The notes under the pieces: model-generated
Database searches by the model: none
Told to the model about the DNA's origin: nothing
What the model saw: only the letters and a program-made list of their open reading frames with translations
Position numbers and translations under genes: made by a program
In this document: one piece after another, positions 1-8,895 of the stretch
Numbering within the stretch: the first letter of the stretch is position 1
Layout of the letters: each line of letters begins with the position of its first letter
From: Deltaproteobacteria bacterium
GTDB lineage: Bacteria; Desulfobacterota; Syntrophia; Syntrophales; Smithellaceae
Assembly (NCBI GenBank): GCA_012729055.1
Contig: JAAYDW010000056.1
Span: 5,691-69,690, forward strand
Length of the DNA: 64,000 bases
Direction: 5' to 3'

Positions 1-720
1 TTTACATCGCATGAAATGATGAAGCGCCTCAACGCCAAGATTTACGCGGAGGCGAAACGCCTGGGCGTCAAATGGATTCTGGGCGGCGAATGCGGCCACA
101 TGTGGCGGGTTATCCACCAGTACATGGATACGATGAACGGCCCTGCGGACTTCCTTGAAGAGCCGGTCTCCCCGATCACGGGTACGCGTTTTGAAAATGC
201 GCGCTCGACCAAAATGGTGCACATCGTCGAGTTCACGGCGGACCTGATTCAAAACGGCCGCCTGAAGCTCGACCCGTCCCGCAACGACCACATCAGGCTG
301 ACGTTTCACGATTCGTGCAACCCGGCCCGGGCCATGGGGCTTTTCGAAGAGCCGCGCTACATCATTGCAAACACCTGCAACCATTTTTACGAAATGGCCG
401 AAGACACGATCCGGGAAAAAACTTTCTGCTGCGGCGCGGGCGCGGGACTGGGCAATGACGAAAATATGGAGATGCGGATGCGCGGCGGCATGCCGCGGGC
501 GATGGCCGTGCGCGACGTCGTGCAAAAGCACGGGGTCAACCGCCTGGGCTGCATCTGCGCCATCGATCGGGCGACGCTGCCGCCGCTCATGGACTACTGG
601 GTGCCGGGCGTTGCGGTGACGGGCGTTCATGAACTTCTGGGCAACGCCCTGGTCATGAAAGGCGAGAAAGAAAGAACGACGGATTTGCGGGGCGACGAGA
701 TATCAGCCCCCTCACCCTGA
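1..720 (+). CDS. dsrK: DsrK-like (HdrD-type) Fe-S/CCG-domain subunit of the DsrMKJOP complex; C-terminal part, open at the window 5' edge
   Basis: The frame is open from nt 1, with no stop before the ATG at 16. It carries the CCG-domain motif TFCCGAGAG plus HDSCNP. It is followed by dsrJ, dsrO and dsrP in the canonical order. Confidence 0.8.
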   Translation, partial: FTSHEMMKRLNAKIYAEAKRLGVKWILGGECGHMWRVIHQYMDTMNGPADFLEEPVSPITGTRFENARSTKMVHIVEFTADLIQNGRLKLDPSRNDHIRLTFHDSCNPARAMGLFEEPRYIIANTCNHFYEMAEDTIREKTFCCGAGAGLGNDENMEMRMRGGMPRAMAVRDVVQKHGVNRLGCICAIDRATLPPLMDYWVPGVAVTGVHELLGNALVMKGEKERTTDLRGDEISAPSP

Positions 721-742
721 CCCTCTCCCACGTGGGAAGAGG

Positions 743-784
743 GTGAATGGTGAATGGTGAATAGTGGATGGTGGATGGTGGATG
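743..784. repeat. Tandem heptanucleotide repeat, six copies (GTGAATG x2, GTGAATA, GTGGATG x3), in the dsrK-dsrJ spacer
   Basis: Read directly: gtgaatg gtgaatg gtgaata gtggatg gtggatg gtggatg. It is preceded by the near-palindrome ccctctcccacgtgggaagaggg (721-743). Confidence 0.9.
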
Positions 785-832
785 GGGTGCAGCTCGTAGC
801 TCGTCGCTGAACGTAGGCATATTACGGAATGT

Positions 833-1240
833 ATGAAGATGAAACAACATAAATGGGGCTTGATATTTCTGGGATTGGCGATTTTCGTCATCGGGGTGAC
901 GTTTCCCTTCTGGTACGGCAAGGGGAAGTCGACGCCGCCCGTGCTCAGTCTGGAGACGCCTGAAATCGCCGGACTGGCCCGGAAAGAATGCGTCGAGGAC
1001 AAGGCCTTCATGCGCTCCGACCACATGAAGATGCTCAAGGCCTGGCGCGACGAAGCCGTCCGCGAGGGAAAGCGCGTGTACACGGCCAAAGACGGCCGGA
1101 CGTTCGAAAAGAGCCTCACCGGCAGTTGTCTTCAGTGCCACAGCAATAAGGAACAGTTCTGCGACCGCTGCCACACCTATGTGGGCGCGGCGCCCTCCTG
1201 CTTTGACTGCCACATCGTTCCCGGGGAGGTAAAAAAATGA
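833..1240 (+). CDS. dsrJ: DsrJ, periplasmic triheme cytochrome c of DsrMKJOP
   Basis: 135 aa with an N-terminal membrane anchor. Three CxxCH motifs are present (CLQCH, CDRCH, CFDCH), plus a conserved upstream Cys (KECVED). Its stop overlaps the dsrO start (ATGA). Confidence 0.85.
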   Translation: MKMKQHKWGLIFLGLAIFVIGVTFPFWYGKGKSTPPVLSLETPEIAGLARKECVEDKAFMRSDHMKMLKAWRDEAVREGKRVYTAKDGRTFEKSLTGSCLQCHSNKEQFCDRCHTYVGAAPSCFDCHIVPGEVKK

Positions 1241-2019
1241 CGACAAAACGCAGAGACTTTTTGAAAATCGCGGGAGCCTCCGCCCTGACGCTGCTGGCGC
1301 CGTCGCTTTTTGGTCCTGCCTGGGCCGAAGACGCGATTGTGATTCCGCCGGGCCGGGCTTCCGGGCCGACGCCGGCGCTTTCGGCCAGGCGCTGGGCCAT
1401 GGCGATTGATGCATCCCGGTGTAAGGAGGGATGCACGGACTGCATTACCGCCTGCCACGCGGTTCACAATGTGCCCGACTTCAGCAACCCCAAAGACGAA
1501 GTCAAGTGGATCTGGAACGAGCCTTTTTCTTCTGTGTTTCCGGCGGAGGATCACCCCCACCAGGGAAAGGCGATTCAAAATCTCAGAATTCCCGTCTTGT
1601 GCAATCACTGCGACAATCCGCCCTGCGTCCGGGTGTGTCCGACCGGCGCCACCTTTTCGCGGCCCGACGGCATCGTCATGATGGACTATCACCGCTGTAT
1701 CGGCTGCCGGCTGTGCATGGCTGCCTGCCCCTACGGCGCACGGAGTATGAACTTCCGCAACCCGCGGCCGTTTATCGCGAAGATCAATCCGGATTTTCCG
1801 ACGCGCGCGAAAGGCGTCGTGGAGAAGTGCAACTTCTGCGAAGAGCGTCTGGCCAAGGGCATGATTCCGGCCTGTGTTCTGGCCTGCAAAGAAAAAGCCA
1901 TTGTGTTTGGCGATATGGAAGATCCGCGCTCGGAGATTCGCCTGCTCATGGAAACTCGATTTAGCCTGCGAAGACGGGCCCATCTGGGCACCGCGCCGCA
2001 GATTTATTATATCCTGTGA
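1237..2019 (+). CDS. dsrO: DsrO, periplasmic 4Fe-4S ferredoxin-like subunit with a Tat signal
   Basis: Twin-arginine signal MTTKRRDFLKIAGASALT...AWA. Several CxxCxxCxxxCP-type cluster motifs are present (CNHCDNPPCVRVCP, CIGCRLCMAACP). A GGGGAGG RBS lies upstream. Confidence 0.85.
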   Translation: MTTKRRDFLKIAGASALTLLAPSLFGPAWAEDAIVIPPGRASGPTPALSARRWAMAIDASRCKEGCTDCITACHAVHNVPDFSNPKDEVKWIWNEPFSSVFPAEDHPHQGKAIQNLRIPVLCNHCDNPPCVRVCPTGATFSRPDGIVMMDYHRCIGCRLCMAACPYGARSMNFRNPRPFIAKINPDFPTRAKGVVEKCNFCEERLAKGMIPACVLACKEKAIVFGDMEDPRSEIRLLMETRFSLRRRAHLGTAPQIYYIL

Positions 2020-2026
2020 GGATGCC

Positions 2027-3211
2027 ATGCTGGAAAAAGCTTTACACGGCCGCCGCGGATACTGGATTTGGATCGCCTGTTTGATCCTCGTTGCCGCCGT
2101 CGGATTTTTCTTTTATCTGCGCCAGCTGGATTACGGCCTGGGCATCACGGGCATGAGCCGCGACGTATCCTGGGGGCTTTACATCGCCCAGTTCACCTTC
2201 CTGGTCGGCGTGGCCGCCTCGGCCGTGATGCTGGTGCTGCCTTACTATCTGCACGACTACAAGGCGTTCGGCAAAATCACCGTTCTGGGCGAATTTCTGG
2301 CCGTGGCGGCCGTCGTCATGTGCATCCTCTTCGTTTTCGTCGATCTCGGCCGGCCCGCCCGCGTGCTGAATGTACTCCTGCATCCGCAGCCGGCTTCCAT
2401 TCTCTTTTGGGACATGGTCGTTCTTTCCGGCTACCTGCTCATCAACATCGTAACCGGCTGGGTCATTTTGTCCTGCACGAAAAAGGAAATTCCGCCGCCT
2501 TCCTGGGTCAAGCCGATCATCTACCTGTCGATTCCCTGGGCGATCAGCATTCATACGGTCACCGCCTTCATTTACGCCGGTCTGCCCGGCCGCAGCTTCT
2601 GGCTGACCGCGATCATGGCGCCCCGGTTCCTCGCGTCCGCTTTTGCCTCGGGGCCGGCGCTGCTCATCCTCGTTTGCCTGATTCTCCGGCGCTGGGGAGG
2701 CTTCGACGCGGGGGAAAAAGCGATCCAGGCGTTGGCGAAAATCGTCGCCTACGCGCTTGCCGTGAGCCTCTTCTTCGTCGGCGTGGAACTGTTTACCGCT
2801 TTCTACAGCGGCATTCCGGAGCACGAGGCGCAGTTTATTTATCTGTTTGCCGGGCTGCACGGCCACTCCGGCCTGGTCGGCTGGATGTGGGCCTTTGCGG
2901 TGCTGGCCGCAGGAGCGCTGGCGGCGCTGTTGATTCCAGGCCTTCGCAAACAGGAAAAATGGCTGGCGCCGGCCTGCGTGGCCGTGTTTGCATCGCTCTG
3001 GATCGAAAAAGGTCTGGGCCTGGTCATTCCCGGCTTCATTCCGTCGCCGCTGGAGGCCATGACCGAATACCATCCGACGGGACCGGAAATCGCGATTACC
3101 CTGGGCGTGTGGGCGGTCGGATTTTTGATCCTGACGGCGTTTTATAAAATTTTCACGGCGGTCCGCGGCGCTGCATCCATGCCTGCCGGACCGACTGCCG
3201 GCGGGAGATGA
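2027..3211 (+). CDS. dsrP: DsrP, NrfD/PsrC-family integral membrane quinone-interacting subunit
   Basis: Polytopic hydrophobic protein of about 394 aa, starting at the ATG at 2027 just after the dsrO stop. Its position and family fit dsrP. Confidence 0.8.
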   Translation: MLEKALHGRRGYWIWIACLILVAAVGFFFYLRQLDYGLGITGMSRDVSWGLYIAQFTFLVGVAASAVMLVLPYYLHDYKAFGKITVLGEFLAVAAVVMCILFVFVDLGRPARVLNVLLHPQPASILFWDMVVLSGYLLINIVTGWVILSCTKKEIPPPSWVKPIIYLSIPWAISIHTVTAFIYAGLPGRSFWLTAIMAPRFLASAFASGPALLILVCLILRRWGGFDAGEKAIQALAKIVAYALAVSLFFVGVELFTAFYSGIPEHEAQFIYLFAGLHGHSGLVGWMWAFAVLAAGALAALLIPGLRKQEKWLAPACVAVFASLWIEKGLGLVIPGFIPSPLEAMTEYHPTGPEIAITLGVWAVGFLILTAFYKIFTAVRGAASMPAGPTAGGR

Positions 3212-3224
3212 AAAGAGCGTTCTT

Positions 3225-4418
3225 ATGAATATACTGGTTTTGAATTGCGGCAGCTCCTCGCTCAAATACAAGCTTTTTGAGATGACGACGTACGAGGTTC
3301 TGGCGAAAGGCCAGGCGGACCGCATCGGTTTGCCCGGGGCGCTCTTTACGCACGAGACGCCGGGATTGGCGCCTGTTCAATGCGAGACGCCTCTGGCCGA
3401 TCATGCCGCGGCGGTAAGTGCCCTGCTCACCCATCTGGCCGATGCCAGGCAGGGCATTCCGGCGGACCGCAGCGACATCGCCGGTGTCGGGCACCGCGTG
3501 GTGCACGGCGGAGAGCATTTCCGCTCGTCCGTGGTCGTGGATCCGGCCGTGCGCGGCCTTCTGGAGAAAACCAAAGCGCTCGCGCCGCTGCACAATCCGC
3601 CGAACCTCATGGGCATCGACGTCTGCGCGCGGCTGATGCCGGACGTGCCGCAGGTGGCGGTTTTCGATACAGCCTTTCACCAGACGATGGAGCCGCGCGC
3701 CTTTACGTACGCGATTCCCTACCGGTACTACGCCGAGGATGCGGTCCGCCGCTACGGATTCCACGGCACGTCCCACCGCTACGTCGCCGCCCGGACCGCG
3801 GAGCTTCTGGCCGGCCGCAGCGGGGATCCGAGAATCATCACCTGCCATCTCGGAGCCGGCTCCAGCCTCTGCGCCGTGGCGAAAGGAAAATCCCGGGACA
3901 CCTCCATGGGCTTCACGCCGCTTTCGGGACTCGTCATGGGCACGCGTTCGGGCGATCTCGATCCGGCGGTGGTCTCCTTCCTGATGGAAAAAGAGCGCTG
4001 CTCGATTGCGGAAGCGCTGGACATTTTAAACCGGCAAAGCGGCGTTTTCGGCATTTCCGGCGTCTCTCCCGATTTTCGCGATCTGGAGCAGGAAGCGGCC
4101 CGGGGGCACGAGCGGGCGCGCCTGGCGCTGGATGTCTTCGCCTACAGCGCGGCGCGGGGCATTGCGTCTTTGATTCCGGCCGCGGGCGGTCTGGACGCCC
4201 TGGCCTTTACCGCGGGCATCGGCGAAAACTCGCCGGTGATGCGCCTGCGCATCTGCGCGTATTTCTCGTGGCTGGGGCTTAAGCTGGATGAGGACAAAAA
4301 CAACGCCGGCGGCGAAGGAGATATTGCGGCCGGCGAATCGGCCGTCCGCGTGTTCGTCGTGCCGACGGACGAGGAAAAAATGATCGCCCGGGAGACTGAG
4401 GCGGTTTTGAAAAAATAA
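3225..4418 (+). CDS. ackA: Acetate kinase
   Basis: N-terminus MNILVLNCGSSSLKYKLF, plus the HRVVHGG, APLHNP, FDTAFHQTM and RRYGFHGTSH motifs. Length is 397 aa. Confidence 0.95.
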   Translation: MNILVLNCGSSSLKYKLFEMTTYEVLAKGQADRIGLPGALFTHETPGLAPVQCETPLADHAAAVSALLTHLADARQGIPADRSDIAGVGHRVVHGGEHFRSSVVVDPAVRGLLEKTKALAPLHNPPNLMGIDVCARLMPDVPQVAVFDTAFHQTMEPRAFTYAIPYRYYAEDAVRRYGFHGTSHRYVAARTAELLAGRSGDPRIITCHLGAGSSLCAVAKGKSRDTSMGFTPLSGLVMGTRSGDLDPAVVSFLMEKERCSIAEALDILNRQSGVFGISGVSPDFRDLEQEAARGHERARLALDVFAYSAARGIASLIPAAGGLDALAFTAGIGENSPVMRLRICAYFSWLGLKLDEDKNNAGGEGDIAAGESAVRVFVVPTDEEKMIARETEAVLKK

Positions 4419-4423
4419 ATATG

Positions 4424-4452
4424 AAAAGGCCTCTGCGGAGGAGAAGCCTTTT
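4424..4452 (+). terminator. Possible intrinsic terminator after ackA
   Basis: AAAAGGC...GCCTTTT stem with an inner CTC/GAG pairing, ending in a T-run 6 nt after the ackA stop. Confidence 0.45.
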
Positions 4453-4493
4453 GCCTGACAATAACGAACGACTGAAGATTTTGGAGGTTAAAT

Positions 4494-6257
4494 ATGGAAA
4501 AAGTAAAAATGACGCCCAGTGAGGCGATTGTCGAAACCCTGCTGGCCGAAGGCGTGGACCATGTCTGCGGCATTGTCGGCTCGGCCTTTATGGACATGCT
4601 GGATCTCTTTCCGACGGCCGGGATCAAATTCATTCCTGTGCGCCACGAGCAAAGCGCCGCGCACATGGAAGACGCCTACTGCCGCGTGTCCGGGCGCTGC
4701 GGCGTCGTCACGGGCCAGAACGGACCCGGCATCACCAACATGGTCACCTCCGTGGCGGCGGCCAACATGGGCCACACGCCGCTGGTGATCATCTCTCCGT
4801 CGGCGGGAACGCCGACCATCGGCTGGGACGGCTTTCAGGAATGCGACCAGATGTCCGTCTTCCGCTCCATTACGAAAGCGGTCGTTCGCGTTCCGCATCC
4901 GAAGCGGGCGGCAGACTGTCTGCGCACCGCCTTCCGCATCGCCTACGCGGATCGGGGCGCCGTCCTGTACGACATTCCGCGGGACTATTTCTACGGCGAG
5001 CTCGAGGAGAAAATCCTCAAGCCCTCGCAGTACCGCGTGGACGCGCGGGGCTGCGGCTCCATCGAACAGCTGGACCGGGCCGCCGAACTTCTCGCGAAGG
5101 CGAAAAATCCCGTCATCGTTTCCGGAAGGGGCGTGGTCGATTCCGACGCGCTGGAGATCGTCAAAGCCATTGCCGAGCATCTGACGGCGCCGGTGGCCGT
5201 GACCTACCTGCACAACGACGCGTTTTACGGCGACCATCCCCTGTTTGTCGGCCCCATCGGCTACATGGGGTCCAAGGCGGCCATGAAAACGCTGGCCAAG
5301 GCCGACGTCATGCTGGCCATCGGCACACGGCTTTCCGTCTTCGGCACGCTGCCGCAGTACGACATCAACTACTTCCCGGAAAATGCGAAGATCATCCAGG
5401 TGGACGTGAATCCCAAGCATATCGCCCGCACCCACCCCATCGAAGTCGGCATCATCGGCGACGCCAGGGAAGCCTCCGCGGAAATTCTGAAGCGGCTCAA
5501 GGCCAAGGACGGCAAGCGCAAGCCGGATGAGAAGCGCCTGGCGGCGGTGGCCAGGGAGAACAAGAAATGGCAAAAGGAAATCGTCGATCTGGCGATGGCG
5601 GACGGCAATCCCGTCAATCCCCGCCGCGTGCTCCTCGAGCTGTCCCGGGCGCTGCCCCAGGACGCCATCGTAACGACGGACATCGGCAATGTCTCCTCGA
5701 CGGCCAACAGCTACCTGACGTTCAACCGTCCGCGCCAGCATATCGCGGCGCTCACGTTCGGCAACACGGGCTTTGCCTATCCCGCGGCGCTGGGCGCGCA
5801 GCTGGCGCGCCCCGAGGCGCCGGTGGTCGCCATCATCGGCGACGGCGCCTGGGGAATGAGCCTGCATGAAGTGAGCACGGCCGTGGAGCACAACCTGCCC
5901 GTCGTGGCCTGCGTCTTCCGCAACATGTGGTGGGGCGCCGAGGCCAAAAACCAGGTGGACTTTTACAACAACCGTTTTGTCGGCGTCGATATTCCCAATC
6001 CGGAAAGTTTCGTTCCCGTCGCCAAGGCGATGGGCGCCAACGCCATGCAGGTCAGCCGGCCGCAGGATATCCGCGAGGCCTTTGACGCCTGCCTGAAGAG
6101 CCGCCGGCCTACCGTCCTCGAATTTTTGGTGGACGGCAAGCAGCTGGCGCCGCCTTTCCGCAAGGACGCGCTGGCCCTGCCGACGCGCTTCCTGCCCAAG
6201 TACGCCCATCTGGACCATCGCCGCTGGTATCATGAAGGAGGAGCTGATGATTTATAA
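4494..6257 (+). CDS. xsc: Sulfoacetaldehyde acetyltransferase-like ThDP enzyme (Xsc family)
   Basis: 587 aa. The N-terminus [42 protein letters not shown] and the blocks [54 protein letters not shown] and [23 protein letters not shown] resemble Xsc as I recall it, more than AHAS or Gcl. A GGAGG RBS lies 7 nt upstream. Confidence 0.75.
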   Translation: MEKVKMTPSEAIVETLLAEGVDHVCGIVGSAFMDMLDLFPTAGIKFIPVRHEQSAAHMEDAYCRVSGRCGVVTGQNGPGITNMVTSVAAANMGHTPLVIISPSAGTPTIGWDGFQECDQMSVFRSITKAVVRVPHPKRAADCLRTAFRIAYADRGAVLYDIPRDYFYGELEEKILKPSQYRVDARGCGSIEQLDRAAELLAKAKNPVIVSGRGVVDSDALEIVKAIAEHLTAPVAVTYLHNDAFYGDHPLFVGPIGYMGSKAAMKTLAKADVMLAIGTRLSVFGTLPQYDINYFPENAKIIQVDVNPKHIARTHPIEVGIIGDAREASAEILKRLKAKDGKRKPDEKRLAAVARENKKWQKEIVDLAMADGNPVNPRRVLLELSRALPQDAIVTTDIGNVSSTANSYLTFNRPRQHIAALTFGNTGFAYPAALGAQLARPEAPVVAIIGDGAWGMSLHEVSTAVEHNLPVVACVFRNMWWGAEAKNQVDFYNNRFVGVDIPNPESFVPVAKAMGANAMQVSRPQDIREAFDACLKSRRPTVLEFLVDGKQLAPPFRKDALALPTRFLPKYAHLDHRRWYHEGGADDL

Positions 6258-7086
6258 TGATCTGAAAGAAAAAACGGCCGTCGTGACCGGCGCCGGCAAG
6301 AAAACCGGCATCGGCTTTGCCATTGCAAAGAAGCTTGCCGCTTCGGGCTGCAACATTGTCGTCGCGGATCTGGGCAAGCCCCCCGTGCCGGGGGAATCCC
6401 TGAAATCGGCGACCAGCGAAGAAATGAAGGAGATCGCCGGCGAACTGGCACGGACCTGCGGCGTGCGGACGCTGGCCGTGGCCGTGGACGTCACGGATAA
6501 TTCGGCGATAGCGGCGATGGTGGAAATCATCAAGGGCACTTTCGACCATATCGACATTCTCTGCAACAATGCGGGCGCGTCTTTCGGCGTTCCGAACACC
6601 GTGCTGGGATATGACGAAGCGGCCTGGCTCAAGACTATCGACGTGAACCTCTTTTCGGTTTTCCGCATGTCGCGGGCCGTCATTCCGCTCATGGCGGGGA
6701 AGCCGGCGGCCATCGTCAACACGGCGTCACGGGCGGGCAAGGTGCCGCCCATCTTCAACAGCGCCTACGCGGTCGCCAAGGCGGGCGTGATCATGCTCAC
6801 CAAGACGATGGCCAAAGAGCTCGGAGGAAGCGGCATCCGCGTGAACGCCATCTGTCCGGGGCAGATTGCTACGGACCTGGAAAAATGGCGGTTCGGCCTC
6901 GAGGCGTCCTTCCTGGGAACGACTGTCGAGGCGCAGGAAAAGGAAATGTGCAAAACCATTCCGCTGGGCTACATCGGCCCGCCCGCCGAAGCCGCGGAGC
7001 TCGCCGTCTTTCTGGCGTCCGACGCCTCGCGCTACATCACGGGGCAGGCGATCAACGTGGACGGCGGACAGTGCATGGAATTGTAA
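6247..7086 (+). CDS. Short-chain dehydrogenase/reductase (SDR), substrate unknown
   Basis: [10 protein letters not shown] cofactor motif, NNAG, and the YAVAK (YxxxK) catalytic motif. The ATG at 6247 is preferred over 6232 because AGGAGG lies 5 nt upstream of it. Confidence 0.85.
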   Translation: MIYNDLKEKTAVVTGAGKKTGIGFAIAKKLAASGCNIVVADLGKPPVPGESLKSATSEEMKEIAGELARTCGVRTLAVAVDVTDNSAIAAMVEIIKGTFDHIDILCNNAGASFGVPNTVLGYDEAAWLKTIDVNLFSVFRMSRAVIPLMAGKPAAIVNTASRAGKVPPIFNSAYAVAKAGVIMLTKTMAKELGGSGIRVNAICPGQIATDLEKWRFGLEASFLGTTVEAQEKEMCKTIPLGYIGPPAEAAELAVFLASDASRYITGQAINVDGGQCMEL

Positions 7087-7123
7087 AATAATAACGCTTT
7101 TTGAAATAGAGGAGGATATATTC

Positions 7124-8821
7124 ATGGATAACATTATCGGCGGCAAGCTCGTTGCGGATGCCCTGGTCGATCGGGGCGTCGATTACATCTTTTCGCTGAG
7201 CGGCGGGCACATCACGCCCATCTATCAGTTTCTGGAAAATACACCGGTTACGCTGTTTGACGTGCGCCACGAACAGGCGGCCGTTTTCATGGCCGAAGCG
7301 CAGGCCCGGATGACGCGCAAACCGGCGGTGGCCATGGTCACGGCCGGTCCCGGCTTCACCAATGCCCTAACCGGCATCGCCAGCGCCCGGCTTTCCAATG
7401 CGCCGGTCGTTCTCATTGCCGGCTGCGTGGGAACCGAGGCGACGGAAAAACTGGACCTGCAGGACATGACCCAGCTTCCCGTCATCGAACCGATGGTGAA
7501 GAAAGCCTTTGTCTGCTACGTGCCGGAGCGAATCCCCGAGTACGTGGACATGGCCTTCCGCGCCGCCATGAGCGGCCGGCCCGGCCCCGTTTACCTGGAA
7601 TTTCCCTGCAACGTCCTGAACGCCAAGGTGGATATGGCTGCGGTCAAGAAGCCCTGCACAACCCTCGCCTCCAAGCCCGTTGACCGGGAGAACACCCGCA
7701 AGGTTGTCGATTTGCTGAAGGCGGCGAAAAACCCGATTGTCATCGGCGGCAGCGGCCTGTGGTATTCCGACGCCGAAAAAGAAGTCATCGAATTCGTGGA
7801 AAAAATCGGTATCCCGATTTACACGGCGGGCGCGGGGCGCGGCGTTATTCCCGATACCCATCCCCTTTGCTTTGAAGGCTCTCTGGCGATCCGTCCCGGT
7901 TCGGCCATGATCACGCTTATGACCACCGACCTGGTTCTTTTCCTGGGCGGCCGTCTGAGCCTGTTCTACATCTTCGGCGAAATTTTTCCGCCGACCGCCA
8001 AATTTATTCAGGTCGACATCGCCCCCGATGAAATCGGACGCAACCGGACCATTGATCTGGGCATCGTCAGCGATGTGAAGTCGTTCCTCAAGGAACTGAA
8101 TGGTCTTCTGGATGAACAAAAAATCAGCGATGCGTTGAAGGCGCAGTATGCGCCCTGGGTGGACACCGTCCGCGCGGCCCATGAGGCCGGCAAACAAGAT
8201 GCCAAAGCCATGTGGGAGTGCGAAACCCTGCCCATGCATCCGATGCGTCTGGCCAATGAGGTCAATAAATTCATGAACCGCGAAGACGATATTGTCGTTG
8301 CCGACGGCGGCGATACCTCGACCTGGATGGGCATGACACGGACCGTTAAAAAGGGCGGCACTTTCCTGGACTATGGCCTTTATGGCTGCCTGGCTGTCGG
8401 TATTCCCTACGCCAACGCGGCCAAGCTGAAGCATCCGGACAAGCGCGTCCTGCTCATCATGGGCGACGGGTCCGCCGGCTTCAACTTCATGGAGTTCCAC
8501 ACGGCGATCCGCAAGAACCTGCCCATCGTGGTGGTCATCGCCAATGACGCCTCCTGGGGCATGATCGCGCACAGCCAGCAGCTTCGACTGGGGCACAACA
8601 TTCCCAACGGCACAGAGCTGGGCTGGGTGGATTATCACAAAATGGTGGAGGTGCTGGGCGGATTCGGCGTGATGGTGGAAAAACCCGAAGACGTCGCGCC
8701 GGCCCTGGAAGCGGCTTTTGCCTCCGGAAAGACGGCTTGTATTAATGTTAAAGTGGATCCCTCTGTGATCAGCCCCGGCAGCGTCGCTCTGGCCAATCTG
8801 GGAGGGTACAAATGTAACTGA
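7124..8821 (+). CDS. ThDP-dependent enzyme of the acetolactate synthase / oxalyl-CoA decarboxylase / 2-hydroxyacyl-CoA lyase superfamily
   Basis: 565 aa. It has RHEQAAVFMAEA, TAGPGFTNALTGIA and the ThDP/Mg motif GDGSAGFNFMEFHTAIRKNLPIVVVIAND. The C-terminus resembles the OXC/HACL type. A GAGGAGGA RBS lies before the ATG at 7124. Confidence 0.85.
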   Translation: MDNIIGGKLVADALVDRGVDYIFSLSGGHITPIYQFLENTPVTLFDVRHEQAAVFMAEAQARMTRKPAVAMVTAGPGFTNALTGIASARLSNAPVVLIAGCVGTEATEKLDLQDMTQLPVIEPMVKKAFVCYVPERIPEYVDMAFRAAMSGRPGPVYLEFPCNVLNAKVDMAAVKKPCTTLASKPVDRENTRKVVDLLKAAKNPIVIGGSGLWYSDAEKEVIEFVEKIGIPIYTAGAGRGVIPDTHPLCFEGSLAIRPGSAMITLMTTDLVLFLGGRLSLFYIFGEIFPPTAKFIQVDIAPDEIGRNRTIDLGIVSDVKSFLKELNGLLDEQKISDALKAQYAPWVDTVRAAHEAGKQDAKAMWECETLPMHPMRLANEVNKFMNREDDIVVADGGDTSTWMGMTRTVKKGGTFLDYGLYGCLAVGIPYANAAKLKHPDKRVLLIMGDGSAGFNFMEFHTAIRKNLPIVVVIANDASWGMIAHSQQLRLGHNIPNGTELGWVDYHKMVEVLGGFGVMVEKPEDVAPALEAAFASGKTACINVKVDPSVISPGSVALANLGGYKCN

Positions 8822-8895
8822 GGTACAATTTATTATGCCGCGACTTTAGGAACGGCCTGACAAGTTGGCCCCTTTTTCCATGACAAGGAGTTCCT

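Noticed and set aside
4488-6233. Very long antisense ORFs opposite strongly supported genes. Examples are 4488..6233(-) 581 aa, 13991..16078(-) 695 aa, 37225..38889(-) 554 aa, 40501..42042(-) 513 aa, 48647..50551(-) 634 aa and 51969..54215(-) 748 aa.
   Set aside because: Their translations are Arg/Gly/Ala/His/Asp-rich and low in complexity, with no recognisable motifs. Each lies opposite a gene with clear family signatures (xsc, asd/ligase, aspS, gatB, hemN-like/selA, pgeF/ACD). Long stop-free antisense frames are expected in GC-rich DNA.
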